Origin: Gammaproteobacteria bacterium
GTDB lineage: Bacteria; Pseudomonadota; Gammaproteobacteria; Ga0077536
Assembly: GCA_030830685.1 (NCBI GenBank)
Contig: JAURMM010000133.1
Location: forward strand, 1-47,246
Direction: 5' to 3'
DNA length: 47,246 nucleotides
Shown here: in pieces, positions 1-11,109 of the stretch
Layout of the letters: each line of letters begins with the position of its first letter
Position numbering within the stretch: position 1 is the stretch's first letter
The notes under the pieces: generated by a model
Database searches by the model: none
What the model was told of the DNA's origin: nothing
Seen by the model: the letters and a program-made list of their open reading frames with translations, nothing else
Program-made: the position numbers and the translations under genes

Positions 1-1577
1 CGATTCAGCACCAGGTTCTCGATCCGCACGCCCCACTGCCCGGGACGATACAGGCCGGGCTCATTGGACGTGACCATGCCGGCTTCCATGGCCATGGTGG
101 GTTCCGGCACCGCTTTGCTGATGCTCTGCGGCCCTTCATGCACATTCAGGAAATAACCCACGCCGTGGCCTGTGCCATGGCCGTAATCGAGCCCCTCTGC
201 CCACAATGGCGCGCGCGCCAGGGCGTCGAGCATCGGGGCCAGCGTGCCACGCGGAAACCGCGCGCGACTGAGCGCCTGCATGCCTTTGAATACCAGGGTG
301 CAGTCACGTTTGATGGCAGGACTCACCTCACCGATGGCCCATACCCGAGTGATGTCCGTGGTGCCTCCCAGGTACTGCCCGCCGGAATCGATCAGCAGCA
401 GTCCGTTCCCGTCGATCACCGCATGGGATTCCGGCGTGGCGCGGTAGTGCGGCATGGCGCCATTGGCATTGAAGGCCGCAATGGTTGGAAAGCTGAGTCC
501 AACGAAATGCGGGCGCCGCGCACGTGCTGCGGTGAGGTGTTCATCGATGGTGAGCTCCGTGATGCGTTCGCGTCCGAGAGCGGATTCGAACCAGGCGTAG
601 AACTCGCACATCGCCGCCCCATCCTGCCGCATCACCTCCCGCAGGTGTGCCGCATCGGTCTCTGTCTTGCGGCTTTTCTGCAGCGTGCTCGGGTTGATGG
701 CCTCGACGACTTTGAGTTGCGGCGGCAAGGCACTGCGCAAGCCGAGGGTTACTCGGCGCGGGTCAATCAGGCAGACGGCTTTCTCGGGCAGGCGCGCGAG
801 TGCCGACGCCGCCGAGGCATAAGGGGCAAGCACAATGCCGTCTGCCGCCAGCGCCTGCATGAGTGCCGAGTCCACCTTTCCGTCACCGATGAAAAGCGTG
901 GCCGTTTCGGGGGTGATCAGCAGATGCGCCAGAAACACGGGGTTGTACTCCACGTCCGCGCCCCGGAGGTTGGTGATGAAGGCGATGTCATCCAGGGTGG
1001 AAACCAGATGATGCGTGGCGCCCCGTTGTGTCATCGCCGCGCGCACCTCGCGCAGACGTGCGCTGCGCGAAGCGGATGCCCAGGGCAACGCATGTTCGTA
1101 GACGGGTGCGGCCGGTAATCCCGGGCGGTCGGGCCAGATTGCATCCGCAAGGTCGAGGTCTGTGCGCAGTGTCATGCCGGCACGCACCAATGCCGACTCC
1201 AACGCCTGCGCGGCAGCGAGCGAGAGTGCCTGACCGTCCACACTCACCACGCTCCCGGACGCGAGTCGCGTGATCAGCCACTCCACATGGGCGCTGCTGG
1301 CCGCGGCGGTGAGTTTTTCCAGCACGATGCCCGTGCCGGCCAGTTCGCGCTCAGCCTGTACCCAGTAACGGCTGTCGGCGAACAACGCGACCTCGGAAGC
1401 TGTCACGACCAGCGTTCCCATGGAGCCTGTGAAGCCCGACAGCCATTGTCGGGTCTGCCAGCGCGCAGGCAGGTATTCGCTGAGATGCGGATCAGCACTG
1501 GTCACGACCAGTCCCTGGACACCGGCGTTGGCCATCGCCGTGCGAAGATCTTGCAGACGTTGCTGAATAGTGTGCAT
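1..1577 (-). CDS. Aminopeptidase P family (M24B Xaa-Pro aminopeptidase), 3' end runs off the window
   Basis: Not in the ORF track (no stop in window). Manual minus-strand translation of both ends: MHTIQQRLQDLRTAM...ADPHLSEYLPARWQTRQWLSGFTGSMGT...FADSRYWVQAE at the start; YGHGTGHGVGYFLNVHEGPQ, TSNEPGLYRPGQWGVRIEN near base 1. These are M24B metal-site motifs. Confidence 0.93.
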   Translation of the reverse strand, partial: MHTIQQRLQDLRTAMANAGVQGLVVTSADPHLSEYLPARWQTRQWLSGFTGSMGTLVVTASEVALFADSRYWVQAERELAGTGIVLEKLTAAASSAHVEWLITRLASGSVVSVDGQALSLAAAQALESALVRAGMTLRTDLDLADAIWPDRPGLPAAPVYEHALPWASASRSARLREVRAAMTQRGATHHLVSTLDDIAFITNLRGADVEYNPVFLAHLLITPETATLFIGDGKVDSALMQALAADGIVLAPYASAASALARLPEKAVCLIDPRRVTLGLRSALPPQLKVVEAINPSTLQKSRKTETDAAHLREVMRQDGAAMCEFYAWFESALGRERITELTIDEHLTAARARRPHFVGLSFPTIAAFNANGAMPHYRATPESHAVIDGNGLLLIDSGGQYLGGTTDITRVWAIGEVSPAIKRDCTLVFKGMQALSRARFPRGTLAPMLDALARAPLWAEGLDYGHGTGHGVGYFLNVHEGPQSISKAVPEPTMAMEAGMVTSNEPGLYRPGQWGVRIENLVLN

Positions 1578-1645
1578 GGTGGAGCGCCGAAAGAATGATC
1601 GCTACAAGCATCGCACACCAAACCCAAGGGTTACACTCGACGCGC

Positions 1646-2959
1646 ATGAACACCGAAAACGCTTCCACCGATCCCGCCGCCGAAGCTGCGCATCTGCGCG
1701 GTGTCGAGGCGCTGCGCGCGGGACGACTCGATGAGGCTGAGACCTGCCTGCAGCGTGCCCTTGCACTGGCGCCTGACAATGCGGTCTACCATTCCAATTT
1801 CAGCGTGATCCTGCGCGAACGGGGCCTGCTGGAGGCCTCACTGGCAGCCGCCGATCGCGCGGTCGATCTCGCGCCCGGCTTTGGTGGTGCCTGGTACAAC
1901 CGGGGCATTTCACTCGCCGAGCTCAGGCGTTACGAGGAGGCACTGCAGAGTTACACGCAGGCGCTCGCCATCAATAGTGATTACGCCGAGGCCTGGTTCA
2001 ATCAGGGCAGCGTCCTGCTGCGCCTTGATCGGCTGAACGAGGCGCGCGACAGCTATTCGCGCGCGGTGGCGCTGGCACCGGAAAACGCCCTCTTTCTGCA
2101 CCACCTCGGTGTATCTCTCGATGGCCTTGGCCTGTTCGGGGAGGCCTTGCAGGTCTATGAAAAGGCACTTGAACTCGCACCCGGACAGGCGACCAGCTGG
2201 TTCAACTGTGGCGTAGACCGGTTCAAGCTCGGTGATCTCGAAGGCGGTAAGGTCTGCTACGCGCGCGCGCTCGCCTGTGGCCACCCCGATCCGGATCTGG
2301 TGCGTTTCTTCATGGCCGCAGCAGAAGGCGGCTCACCCCCACCCACCGCGCCTGCGGAATATCTCAGAAATCTTTTCGACGATTATGCACCGCTATTCGA
2401 ACAACATCTGGTGGGTGTGCTCGGCTACGCCGCGCCCGAGGTGCTGTTTGAACTCCTGGGCACGCAACTGGGCCGGGATCTGGAGATTCTCGATCTCGGC
2501 TGCGGCACCGGCCCCCTGGGCCGGTTGCTGCGGCCGCATGCGCGCCGACTGGTCGGGGTTGATCTGGCACCGATGATGATTGAGAAAGCGCGCACCGGAG
2601 CGATCTATGACGAGCTGGTCCTTGCGGATGTGCGGGATTACCTCCGGGCGCGCACAGATACGCTGGATCTGGTGGTGGCCACCGATGTGTTCATCTACGT
2701 GGGTGATCTGGATGAAGTGTTCAGGGACGCTTCCCGCCTGCTCACACCCGGCGGATTGTTCGCTTTCTCGGTGGAGCAGCATCCCGAGGAAGGCTTTGCC
2801 CTGCTCTCCACTCTGCGCTATGCCCATTCCTATGCCTACTGCGTCAGTCTGGGCAGACGCCATGGCTTGCAGCTGCGCAAGGCGGAGTCCCGCCCCATCC
2901 GGCGCCACGGCGAAGGTGAAATCGCCGGCTATTACCTGGTCTTCGCCAAACCCGCGTGA
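1646..2959 (+). CDS. TPR-repeat protein fused to a class I SAM-dependent methyltransferase (COG4976-like)
   Basis: About six TPR-like repeats (e.g. AWYNRGISLAELRRYEEALQSYTQALAIN), then YLRNLFDDYAPLFEQHLV, ILDLGCGTG (SAM motif I), GVDLAPMM, DVFIYVGDL. Start re-picked at ATG 1646; the ORF track opens at 1595. Confidence 0.85.
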   Translation: MNTENASTDPAAEAAHLRGVEALRAGRLDEAETCLQRALALAPDNAVYHSNFSVILRERGLLEASLAAADRAVDLAPGFGGAWYNRGISLAELRRYEEALQSYTQALAINSDYAEAWFNQGSVLLRLDRLNEARDSYSRAVALAPENALFLHHLGVSLDGLGLFGEALQVYEKALELAPGQATSWFNCGVDRFKLGDLEGGKVCYARALACGHPDPDLVRFFMAAAEGGSPPPTAPAEYLRNLFDDYAPLFEQHLVGVLGYAAPEVLFELLGTQLGRDLEILDLGCGTGPLGRLLRPHARRLVGVDLAPMMIEKARTGAIYDELVLADVRDYLRARTDTLDLVVATDVFIYVGDLDEVFRDASRLLTPGGLFAFSVEQHPEEGFALLSTLRYAHSYAYCVSLGRRHGLQLRKAESRPIRRHGEGEIAGYYLVFAKPA

Positions 2960-3564
2960 GCGCCCGCCGGAGAGGGAGTGCCGAGCGCATGGGGAATGCC
3001 GCAGGCATCCAGCAGCGCGAGCGTCTCGGCAAGCGGCAGGCCGACCACATTGGAGTAGCTGCCCTCGATACGCGCCACCAGGGCGCCGCCCAAACCCTGG
3101 ATGCCGTAGGCACCGGCCTTGTCAGCCGGTTCGCCCGACGCCCAGTAGGCGGCAATCTCTGATTCGCTCAAGGTCCGGAACTGCACGCGCGTTTCCACCA
3201 CCTGTACCGCCAGTACCGCCAGTGTGTCCGTGGCCAGCGCAACGCCCGTGAACACGGCATGCCAGCGCCCGGACAGGCGGCGCAGGATGCGCGCGGCATC
3301 TTCGGCATCGGCAGGTTTGCCGAGGATTTCTCCGGCGCAAACCACTGTGGTATCCGCGGCCAGCACCGGGAGTGAACTACCGCTGGCTACCCGCCCCGCC
3401 CGGGCCTTCGCGCCCGCGAGCCTCGCCACATAGCTGCCCGCGGGCTCAGCCGCGTGCGGGGTCTCATCCACTTCCACATCCACCACCGCGAACGACGCGC
3501 CCAGCGTGCGCAGCAGTTCCGCGCGCCGCGGGGAACGAGAAGCCAGCAACAGATCAGGACTCAT
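2932..3564 (-). CDS. maf: Maf family nucleoside triphosphate pyrophosphatase (YhdE-type, dTTP/UTP)
   Basis: LLLASRSPRRAELL, LAADTTV, DKAGAYGIQG, SYSNVVGLPL; R/T/Q specificity residues of the YhdE subfamily; 4-nt overlap with rlmH. Confidence 0.93.
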   Translation of the reverse strand: MSPDLLLASRSPRRAELLRTLGASFAVVDVEVDETPHAAEPAGSYVARLAGAKARAGRVASGSSLPVLAADTTVVCAGEILGKPADAEDAARILRRLSGRWHAVFTGVALATDTLAVLAVQVVETRVQFRTLSESEIAAYWASGEPADKAGAYGIQGLGGALVARIEGSYSNVVGLPLAETLALLDACGIPHALGTPSPAGAHAGLAKTR

Positions 3565-4025
3565 GCGCGATGGTAGGGGTGGTGATTGAGCAAGGACCAG
3601 GCACGGTAGATCTGTTCCACCACGATCACGCGCACCATCTGATGCGGCAACGTCAGCCGGGAGAGAGACCAGACTCGCGTTGCGCGGTCACGCACGCTCT
3701 GGGCCAATCCTTCGGCGCCGCCAATCACGAGCGTTACATCGCGCCCCCCCTGCTGCCAGTCGGCAAGCTCAGTCGCGAGTTCGGCCGTGGACCATGGCTT
3801 GCCACGCTCATCCAGCGCCACCAGAAGGGCGCGTTCCGGATGCGCCTTGAACAGCGCATCTGCCTCACGCTCACGCTGCTGCTCGGCATTGGCCACGCCC
3901 TGTGCCGGCGGCAATTCACGTACCTTCAGATCCAGTCGGCCCTGCAGGCGCTTGAGGTACTCATCCGTAGCCTCGCTCGCCCACGCGGCAGGGCGCCTGC
4001 TCACGCACAGGAGCTGGAGGCGCAC
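3561..4025 (-). CDS. rlmH: 23S rRNA pseudouridine-1915 N3-methyltransferase
   Basis: VALDERGKPWST, VIGGAEGL, WSLSRLTLPHQMVRVIVVEQIYRAWSLLNHHPYHR; GTG start at 4025 with GGAG upstream gives 154 aa. Confidence 0.95.
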   Translation of the reverse strand: MRLQLLCVSRRPAAWASEATDEYLKRLQGRLDLKVRELPPAQGVANAEQQREREADALFKAHPERALLVALDERGKPWSTAELATELADWQQGGRDVTLVIGGAEGLAQSVRDRATRVWSLSRLTLPHQMVRVIVVEQIYRAWSLLNHHPYHRA

Positions 4026-4033
4026 CGCAGCGG

Positions 4034-4408
4034 CTACTCCACCGGGGCTGCCGCGTCGGCTCTCGCCTTGCGCGCACGCGGGGGGGGTGCCCAGAGTTTT
4101 TCGATCTGATAGAACTCGCGCGTTTCCGCCTGCATCACATGGCAGATGACATCCCCGAGATCGACCAGGATCCATTCGGCCGCCTGCTGTCCTTCCGTCC
4201 CGAGCGGCTTCTGCTTGAGGGCACGGGCGGCTTCGGCCACCTGATCAGACAGCGCCTTCACCTGTCGCGAAGAACCGCCGGTGGCCACCACCATGTAATC
4301 GGTCATGCTGGTGAGCTTGCGCACATCCAGCACCTTGATGTCGACGGCCTTGCCGTCATCAAGCGCTTTGGTAACCGCCTCGAGAAGGACTTTGGGTTTG
4401 ACTGGCAT
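4034..4408 (-). CDS. rsfS: Ribosome silencing factor (Iojap/YbeB)
   Basis: ALDDGKAVDIKVLDV, TDYMVVATGGSSRQV, WILVDLGDVICHVM...REFYQIEKLW; lies between nadD and rlmH. Confidence 0.95.
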   Translation of the reverse strand: MPVKPKVLLEAVTKALDDGKAVDIKVLDVRKLTSMTDYMVVATGGSSRQVKALSDQVAEAARALKQKPLGTEGQQAAEWILVDLGDVICHVMQAETREFYQIEKLWAPPPRARKARADAAAPVE

Positions 4409-4424
4409 GGGTGGAGGATGCTCC

Positions 4425-5054
4425 TCAGCGATAAAGGCGATGTTGTTCGATGTACTCCGCCACCGCAGGTGGCGTGAGTGCGGCAAGGCAGCGACCGGCG
4501 CGCACGCGCGCGCGGAGGTCCGTGGCCGAAATGGGCAGCAGGGGAATCGATTGCATGAGGATGTGTCCTGAGAGGCGTGTTTTCAATGCGTCCACTTCCT
4601 GCACCTCGGCACGTGCGAGGAGATCCTGCAGTGCCTCGTCCTGCGGCGGGGCGTAACCCGGACGGGTGGCCACCACCAGATGGGCGAACCCCAGCAACTC
4701 CTGCCAACGGTGCCAGCGCGGCAAGCCATTGAAGGCATCCTGCCCAAGGATGAAGCAGATCGCGGTGTGCGGTTCCTCCCGCCGCAAGGCTGCCAGGGTC
4801 TCGACGGTGTAGGTGATTCCGTTGCCGGCGAGCTCGCGATCATCCACCCGGAGTGCGGTCCCCTGCACCGCGGCGTAGAGCATTGCAAGCCGATCAGAAG
4901 CGCTGGCGCCTGGCTCGTCCCTGAGATTGGGCAGACGGGCCGGCAGCAGGCAAACCTCGGATAGGCCAAGCACTTCGCGACATTCGATGGCCAGTCGCAG
5001 ATGCCCGTGGTGTACGGGATCGAAAGTACCGCCCAGCACCCCGAGAGATCGCAC
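4425..5054 (-). CDS. nadD: Nicotinate-nucleotide adenylyltransferase
   Basis: GVLGGTFDPVHHGH (HxGH), TYTVETL, FILGQDAF, WHRWQEL, ISATDLR, YIEQHRLY; start placed at GTG 5054 (approximate). Confidence 0.93.
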   Translation of the reverse strand: MRSLGVLGGTFDPVHHGHLRLAIECREVLGLSEVCLLPARLPNLRDEPGASASDRLAMLYAAVQGTALRVDDRELAGNGITYTVETLAALRREEPHTAICFILGQDAFNGLPRWHRWQELLGFAHLVVATRPGYAPPQDEALQDLLARAEVQEVDALKTRLSGHILMQSIPLLPISATDLRARVRAGRCLAALTPPAVAEYIEQHRLYR

Positions 5055-5071
5055 AGGCTGACTGTCGGCGT

Positions 5072-6346
5072 TCAGCCCCTGACCTCCCCGTTCCCGAGCA
5101 CGATCCATTTCTGCGAGGTGAGTCCTTCCAGACCCACCGGGCCGCGAGCGTGGAACTTGTCGGTGCTGATACCGATCTCCGCTCCCAGCCCGTATTCGAA
5201 GCCATCCGCGAAGCGGGTGGAGGCATTCACCATGACTGAGCTGGAGTCCACCTCGCGCAGGAAACGCAGGGCATGGCTGTAGTTCTCCGTGATGATGGCC
5301 TCCGTATGCTGCGAGCCGTACTGGCGAATGTGCTGCATGGCTTCGTCCAGGGAGGACACCACGCGCACCGCGAGGATGGGTGCGAGGTATTCGGCATACC
5401 AGTCCTCTTCCGTGGCCGGCACGACCCCGGCATCCAGTGCGCGGGTGGCCGCGCACCCTCGCAACTCCACCCCGGCGGCGCGGTAGCGCGCAAAAAGTGG
5501 AGGCAGGAGGGAGGACGCAACATCGGCATGGACCAGCAGGGTTTCCATGGTGTTGCAGGTGCCGTAGCGCTGGCATTTGGCATTGAAAGCCACTTGTTCG
5601 GCCTTGGCCGGGTCAGCATCTGCATCGAGGTAGACGTGACACACGCCGTCAAGATGCTTGATCACCGGCACGCGCGCCTCCGCGGTAACGCGCTCGATGA
5701 GGCTCTTGCCGCCCCGAGGCACGATCACATCCACCCACGCGGGACTCTGCAGCAAGGCACCTACGGCTGCGCGGTCCGCAGTCTGCACCACCTGCACTGC
5801 GGCCGCGGGCAGACCTGCGGCCTCAAGGCCCCTCAGGATGCAGGCGGCGATCGCCTGGTTGGAATGCAGCGCTTCCGAGCCACCGCGCAGAATGACGGCA
5901 TTACCGGACTTGAGGCACAAGCCTGCGGCATCGGCCGTCACGTTGGGGCGGGACTCGTAGATGATGCCGACCACGCCGAGCGGCACCCGCATGCGTCCGA
6001 CCTGGATGCCGGACGGGCGACGGGCCAGATCGGTGATCGCACCCACCGGATCAGGCAGGGCTGCAATCTCGCGCAAACCCTGCGCCATGGCCGCGATGCG
6101 CGCTGGCGTCAGGGCAAGTCTGTCCCGTGCGGCGGCGTCCAGATCTGTCGCCGCATCGAGATCGCGCGCATTGGCCGCAGCAAGCGCCGCTGCCTCGGCC
6201 TCGATGACACGGGCAGTTTCGGTGAGCGCCAGGTTCTTGGCCGCGGTGGAGGCACGCGCGATTTCCACGGAGGCCGCGCGCGCGGCGCGTCCAAGCCCCT
6301 GCATATAGGCCTGGACGTCTGTGATGCTGGACTGGGATACGCTCAT
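5072..6346 (-). CDS. proA: Gamma-glutamyl phosphate reductase
   Basis: [74 protein letters not shown]. Confidence 0.97.
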   Translation of the reverse strand: MSVSQSSITDVQAYMQGLGRAARAASVEIARASTAAKNLALTETARVIEAEAAALAAANARDLDAATDLDAAARDRLALTPARIAAMAQGLREIAALPDPVGAITDLARRPSGIQVGRMRVPLGVVGIIYESRPNVTADAAGLCLKSGNAVILRGGSEALHSNQAIAACILRGLEAAGLPAAAVQVVQTADRAAVGALLQSPAWVDVIVPRGGKSLIERVTAEARVPVIKHLDGVCHVYLDADADPAKAEQVAFNAKCQRYGTCNTMETLLVHADVASSLLPPLFARYRAAGVELRGCAATRALDAGVVPATEEDWYAEYLAPILAVRVVSSLDEAMQHIRQYGSQHTEAIITENYSHALRFLREVDSSSVMVNASTRFADGFEYGLGAEIGISTDKFHARGPVGLEGLTSQKWIVLGNGEVRG

Positions 6347-7386
6347 GTCTCACCGGAAGTTGAAGGGGATTTGCCAGGCCCGGACACGCTGGCCAGGGCC
6401 AGCAGCAGGGATTCGAGATCGTCCCATACATTGCCGAGCCCGTGGCCCTTGATCAATTGATCGAGCCGGATGGCGTCCTCGAGGAGCTCGCTCAAACGGG
6501 TCACGGGATGTCGCTGCAGGGCCTGGCGCAGCAGCGGCTGTCGCGAAGGCCAGGCCTGCTGCTCCCTGAACGCCTGCTCGAGCGATGCCCCGCAGGCGCG
6601 CGCGGCAGCCACCCGGGTCAGGGTGCGCAGCTCACGCACGAGGCCGAAATTGATGAGCACGGGCTCGGTGCCCTCGGCGCGCAGGCCACGCAACACCCGC
6701 ACCGTGCGCGCGGGCTGCCCCGCGAGCGCTGCGTCCACACACTGGAAGGTGTCATAGCGCGCGGTGTCTGATACCGCCGCGATCACCGCCTCCAGGTCCA
6801 GCGAGGAGCCTTCGGCCAGCAGCGTGAGCTTGTCCACTTCCTGCGTGGCCGCGACCAGGTTGCCTTCGGTGCGCAACGCCAGGAATTCGATGGCCTCGGC
6901 GGTGAGTTCAAGACCCCGGGCGCGCGCCCGTCCGGCCAGCCAGCTGCGAAAGGCGTTTTCATCTGGCTCGCGGCACCCGACCACCACGCCCTGTCGCTCA
7001 CAGGCCTGCACCCATGCAGCCTCCTGTTGCCGACGATCGAGGGCGCCGGCCAACACCAGGAACACATCGGGTGACTGGTCGTCGCCAAGAAGATCCGCCA
7101 GGCACTCCAGGCCCTCGCGATCCGGCTTCTTGCCCGTCAGGCGGATTTCAATCAGCCGACGCTCTGCAAAGAGCGACAGCGTGCCGCTCAACCCGCGCAG
7201 GCTGGTCCAGTCCTGGCTGCTGCCATCGAACACCACCCGCTCTGCGATGCCGGCACCCCGGGCAGCGCTGCGGATCGCATCGGCGCTCTCCATGGCCTGC
7301 AGCGGTTCCGGCCCGTGCAGGAGATAGCGCGATTGCAGACCCTTGCGTGCGAGATGGTCCGGGAGCTGTTCCGGCCTAACCTGCAT
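6343..7386 (-). CDS. holA: DNA polymerase III subunit delta
   Basis: MQVRPEQL start, [35 protein letters not shown]; canonical leuS-lptE-holA position. Confidence 0.92.
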   Translation of the reverse strand: MQVRPEQLPDHLARKGLQSRYLLHGPEPLQAMESADAIRSAARGAGIAERVVFDGSSQDWTSLRGLSGTLSLFAERRLIEIRLTGKKPDREGLECLADLLGDDQSPDVFLVLAGALDRRQQEAAWVQACERQGVVVGCREPDENAFRSWLAGRARARGLELTAEAIEFLALRTEGNLVAATQEVDKLTLLAEGSSLDLEAVIAAVSDTARYDTFQCVDAALAGQPARTVRVLRGLRAEGTEPVLINFGLVRELRTLTRVAAARACGASLEQAFREQQAWPSRQPLLRQALQRHPVTRLSELLEDAIRLDQLIKGHGLGNVWDDLESLLLALASVSGPGKSPSTSGET

Positions 7387-7918
7387 TCTTGCGTGCGAGG
7401 TCGAGGTCCAAGGCCTCGAGCCGGAAAATGAGGGCGCGCGCCGCATCTTTGGCCAGCTCGTAGCGAATGGTGGTTTCCACTTCTTCCGTACCGAGCAGCG
7501 CGGCTTCGTCGAACACGAAGTCCTGGGTCCAGACGATGGTCTCGGGCGGCGCAACCACGGTCCCGCCGGGTGTGCGCACCGTGAGCTCCACTTCCAGTCC
7601 GAGTTCCATCTCGCGCACCTTACCGGTCTGATCATCCACCGACAGCACGCGCCGGTCGAATCGCTCGCGGCGCAGCTCGATGACGGCCTCGGCCGCCTGG
7701 CGATCCGTGATGACGCTGACACCGCTGTAGCCAAGCTGGGTCACGAACCACGGATAGAGATATCCCCCTCCGTCGGAAACGATGAACACGCGCTTGAACG
7801 GAATCCGGCTGGGGCCGGTGCCCCGCAGATGCCACCCGCCGCAGGCGCTGAGCAGCAGGGTCGCTGCCAATACGGCGAGCAGGGCAAGGCGGAGGACTGG
7901 GCGGCCTGAATGGGTCAT
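7376..7918 (-). CDS. lptE: LPS assembly lipoprotein LptE
   Basis: Signal peptide with lipobox LLSAC followed by GGWHLRG; size and position between leuS and holA. Confidence 0.88.
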   Translation of the reverse strand: MTHSGRPVLRLALLAVLAATLLLSACGGWHLRGTGPSRIPFKRVFIVSDGGGYLYPWFVTQLGYSGVSVITDRQAAEAVIELRRERFDRRVLSVDDQTGKVREMELGLEVELTVRTPGGTVVAPPETIVWTQDFVFDEAALLGTEEVETTIRYELAKDAARALIFRLEALDLDLARKNAG

Positions 7919-10503
7919 GCCACCACTATATTCACGAGTCGACCCGGGATCACCACCACCTTGCGCACCGTGAGGCCCTCGAGGTGGCGCGCGACCTGAG
8001 GGTCGGCCAATGCGGCTGCTTCCACACCGGCTGCGTCGAGATCCGCCGGCACCGCGAGCTCGGCGCGCTTCTTGCCGTTGACCTGAACCACGATATTGAG
8101 CTCGTCGCGCACGAGAGCGGCGCTGTCAGCCACCGGCCACGGCGCATCGAGCAGGGATCCGGGGGCGTGTCCCAACGCTTCCCACATTACCTCCGTGGTA
8201 TGCGGCACGATCGGAGCAAGCAGCAGTACGCAGGTCTCCAGACCCTCCTGTTTCACCGCCCGGGTGGCGTCATCCGCCGCCGCGGCCTTCTGCAGGGCAT
8301 TGACGAGCTCCATCACTGCCGCGATGGCCGTATTGAATTTGTAGCGGCGGCTGATGTCGTCCGTCACCTTCACGATGGTTTCATGGACGCGGCGGCGCAG
8401 CGTGCGCTGGGCTTCATCCAGACTGACTGCCGCTACCGTCGGCGCAGCACCGACCGCGACGTGCTCATGCACCAGGCGCCACAGACCACGCAGAAAGCGA
8501 GACGCCCCCTCCACCGCCGAGTCAGACCATTCGAGCGACTGCTCCGGCGGCGCGGCGAACATCGTGTAAAGACGCACGGTGTCCGCACCGTACTTGTCGA
8601 TCAGGGTCTGGGGATCGATGCCATTGTTCTTGGATTTCGACATCTTCTCCACCGGGCCTATCTGCACCGGCTGCCCATCAACGTTAGCGCGTGCTTCGAT
8701 GACGCGACCCTTCTCATCGGCGACCGTCGCCACCGCGGCAGGATTGAAGTAGGTCTTCTTGCCGTTATCAGCCTCGCGGAAATAGGTTTCCTTGCACACC
8801 ATGCCCTGGGTGAGCAGGCGGGTGAACGGCTCATCGGAAACGGCCAGGCCTGCATCGCGCATCAGCTTGTGGAAGAAGCGTGCGTACAGAAGATGCAGCA
8901 CGGCGTGCTCGATGCCGCCGATGTAGATATCCACCGGCATCCAGTAGCGCGCACGCTCATCCACCATGGCATCGGCATCGGGGCAACAGAAACGCGCGTA
9001 ATACCAGCTTGATTCAAAGAAGGTGTCGAAGGTGTCGGTCTCGCGACGGGCCGGTGCCGCCGAGCCCGGGAGGGTGGTCTCCAGAAAGGACTTCATCTTA
9101 AAGAGCGGGGATGACACACCCTCCCACGCCACGTTCTCCGGCAGCACTACCGGCAGCCGGTCGGCAGACTCGGGCACCAGTTGATCGTCTTCGCCATACA
9201 CCACCGGAATGGGGCAGCCCCAGTAACGCTGGCGCGAGACCAGCCAGTCGCGCAGCCGGTACTGGACTTCGCGCGTGGCGCGACCTTCCGCCCCCAGACG
9301 GTTGGCGATGGCATCGAAGGCGGCGGCAAAAGCGAGGCCGTCGAATTCCCCGCTGTTGCAGAGCACACCTTTGTCGGTAAAGGCAACAGCCTGCACGTCC
9401 ACGGTAGACCCGTCCTGCGGCGCGACCACCTGGCGGATGGGCAGACGGTAGAGCGTGGCAAATTCGTGATCGCGTTCATCGTGCCCGGGCACGGACATCA
9501 CAGCGCCCGTGCCGTAACTCATGAGCACGAAATTGGCGACCCAGACGGGCACATCCTCACCCGTGAGCGGATGCCGCACGGCGATGCCAAGCGGCATGCC
9601 GCGCTTCTCGAGCTTCTCGAGCACCGCCTCGGAAGTGGAGGTCTGGGCGCAGCTTGCAATGAAGGCGGCGACTTCGGCGCTTGCTTCTGCCGCGCGGCGT
9701 GCAACCGGATGTTCGGGGGCCACGGCCATGTAGGTCACGCCGTGGAGCGTGTCCGGGCGGGTGGTGAAGACTTCCAGATCACCTGAACCATCCGCCAGTG
9801 GGAACCGGATGCGCAGGCCTTCCGAACGACCAATCCAGTTGCGCTGCATGGTCTTGACCGCTTCCGGCCAGCCTTCCAACCGGTCAAGATCGGCCAGTAG
9901 CTCATCGGCATAGGCCGTGATGCGCACGAACCACTGCGGGATCTCGCGGCGTTCGACCAGCGCGCCGGAGCGCCAGCCGCGCCCATCGATGACCTGCTCG
10001 TTGGCGAGCACCGTCTGGTCGATGGGGTCCCAATTCACCACGGCCGTCTTGCGATAGACGAGGCCGCGCGCATAGAGCTGGGTAAAGAACCACTGTTCCC
10101 AGCGGTAGTAATCCGGGTCGCAGGTGGCGAGTTCCCGCGCCCAGTCGTAGCCGAAACCCAGGCGCTTCAACTGTCCGCGCATGTAATCGATGTTCGCGCG
10201 GGTCCATTTTGCCGGCGGGACGTTGTTCTCGATGGCCGCGTTCTCCGCCGGCAGGCCGAAGGCATCCCAGCCCATGGGCTGCAGCACGTTCTTGCCCAGC
10301 ATGCGCTGATAGCGGGAGATGACGTCCCCGATGGTGTAGTTGCGGACATGGCCCATGTGCAGCCGGCCACTCGGGTAGGGGAACATGCACAGGCAGTAGA
10401 ACTTTTCCCGGGAAGGGTCCTCGCGGACGGCAAAGGCCTGGGTGTCATGCCAACGCTGCTGGACGCGCGGCTCGATATCAGCCGGGTTGTATCGGTCTTC
10501 CAT
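7915..10503 (-). CDS. leuS: Leucine--tRNA ligase
   Basis: [13 protein letters not shown] (HIGH-like), [12 protein letters not shown], editing-domain VFTTRPDT and [20 protein letters not shown]; start re-picked at ATG 10503. Confidence 0.98.
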   Translation of the reverse strand: MEDRYNPADIEPRVQQRWHDTQAFAVREDPSREKFYCLCMFPYPSGRLHMGHVRNYTIGDVISRYQRMLGKNVLQPMGWDAFGLPAENAAIENNVPPAKWTRANIDYMRGQLKRLGFGYDWARELATCDPDYYRWEQWFFTQLYARGLVYRKTAVVNWDPIDQTVLANEQVIDGRGWRSGALVERREIPQWFVRITAYADELLADLDRLEGWPEAVKTMQRNWIGRSEGLRIRFPLADGSGDLEVFTTRPDTLHGVTYMAVAPEHPVARRAAEASAEVAAFIASCAQTSTSEAVLEKLEKRGMPLGIAVRHPLTGEDVPVWVANFVLMSYGTGAVMSVPGHDERDHEFATLYRLPIRQVVAPQDGSTVDVQAVAFTDKGVLCNSGEFDGLAFAAAFDAIANRLGAEGRATREVQYRLRDWLVSRQRYWGCPIPVVYGEDDQLVPESADRLPVVLPENVAWEGVSSPLFKMKSFLETTLPGSAAPARRETDTFDTFFESSWYYARFCCPDADAMVDERARYWMPVDIYIGGIEHAVLHLLYARFFHKLMRDAGLAVSDEPFTRLLTQGMVCKETYFREADNGKKTYFNPAAVATVADEKGRVIEARANVDGQPVQIGPVEKMSKSKNNGIDPQTLIDKYGADTVRLYTMFAAPPEQSLEWSDSAVEGASRFLRGLWRLVHEHVAVGAAPTVAAVSLDEAQRTLRRRVHETIVKVTDDISRRYKFNTAIAAVMELVNALQKAAAADDATRAVKQEGLETCVLLLAPIVPHTTEVMWEALGHAPGSLLDAPWPVADSAALVRDELNIVVQVNGKKRAELAVPADLDAAGVEAAALADPQVARHLEGLTVRKVVVIPGRLVNIVVA

Positions 10504-10566
10504 ACGGGTGCTGCTCAGGGTGGCCGGCGAGAATACCGCAGCGCACCCCAGCGGCGAAAGCATCGC

Positions 10567-10597
10567 AAAAAGCGCCGGCAAGGCAGACCTTGCCGGC
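10567..10597 (-). terminator. Probable intrinsic terminator after comEA
   Basis: Perfect 10-bp stem GCCGGCAAGG/CCTTGCCGGC with 4-nt loop (10574-10597), followed on the minus strand by GCTTTTT. Confidence 0.7.
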
Positions 10598-10628
10598 TAA
10601 AGCGCGCGGATGCGCGCAGGGGGGTATG

Positions 10629-10910
10629 TCAGGGCCGGGTTTTACCGACAGTCAGCCGGTCGCGGTTGCGATCCAGCGTGGCCGCACCGATGCCCTTGAT
10701 GAGGACCAGATCATCCAGCGAAGAGAAAGGTCCGTTCTCCTCGCGGTAATCGACGATGGCCTCGGCCTTGGCGGGCCCAACGCCGTCCATCGCCTCGGCG
10801 AGGGTCATGGCGTCGGCAGTGTTGATGTCTACGGGAGTCTCGGGCGCCGCCACGGCATGGACGGCGTAGCCTAGGAGCAGTGAGGCCAGAACATTGCGCA
10901 CGGATTTCAT
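10629..10910 (-). CDS. comEA: ComEA family helix-hairpin-helix DNA-binding protein
   Basis: Signal peptide, then VDINTADAMTL, GVGPAKAEAIVDYREENGPFSSLDDLVLIKGIGAATL (HhH motifs). Confidence 0.9.
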   Translation of the reverse strand: MKSVRNVLASLLLGYAVHAVAAPETPVDINTADAMTLAEAMDGVGPAKAEAIVDYREENGPFSSLDDLVLIKGIGAATLDRNRDRLTVGKTRP

Positions 10911-11074
10911 GAAGGGTCTCCATCCTTGGAACGTTGGGTTGAGGATTTGCCGGCCGCACATCCTGTGCGACCGGGAGAAACCTTAGCGCGGCGGGTGCGG
11001 GCATGGCCAGTCACGGGATCCGCCGGTGGCCGAGGGAACTGCAGGAAACTTTCCCGCGTGCGGGCGCGGCCAGC

Positions 11075-11109
11075 CTTTCACGGTTCTGTCACAATGCGGC
11101 ACCCATAAT
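11075..11109 (+). promoter_or_regulatory. Pho box plus -10 element of the phoBR promoter
   Basis: CTTTCAC-GGTT-CTGTCAC (11075-11092) has 11-bp direct-repeat spacing; CATAAT lies 11 nt downstream, immediately upstream of phoB. Confidence 0.8.

Noticed and set aside
138-1118. 326-aa plus-strand ORF and neighbouring short ORFs
   Set aside because: Antisense shadows of the minus-strand aminopeptidase P, which has clear motifs. The same applies to the many long antisense ORFs over proA, leuS, pst, ppx and typA, which are expected at this GC content.
3204-3223. 9-bp tandem duplication (GTACCGCCA x2) in maf
   Set aside because: In-frame LAV-LAV duplication away from the catalytic motifs; no sign of a larger repeat system.
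4080-4087. G8 tract in the rsfS C-terminal coding region (another G8 at 22478-22485 in the MFS gene)
   Set aside because: Both are in-frame Pro/Gly codon runs in intact genes, short for phase variation and unsurprising at high GC.
2932-10503. proA located between holA and nadD
   Set aside because: The leuS-lptE-holA-proA-nadD-rsfS-rlmH-maf order is a recognised proteobacterial arrangement, not a novelty.
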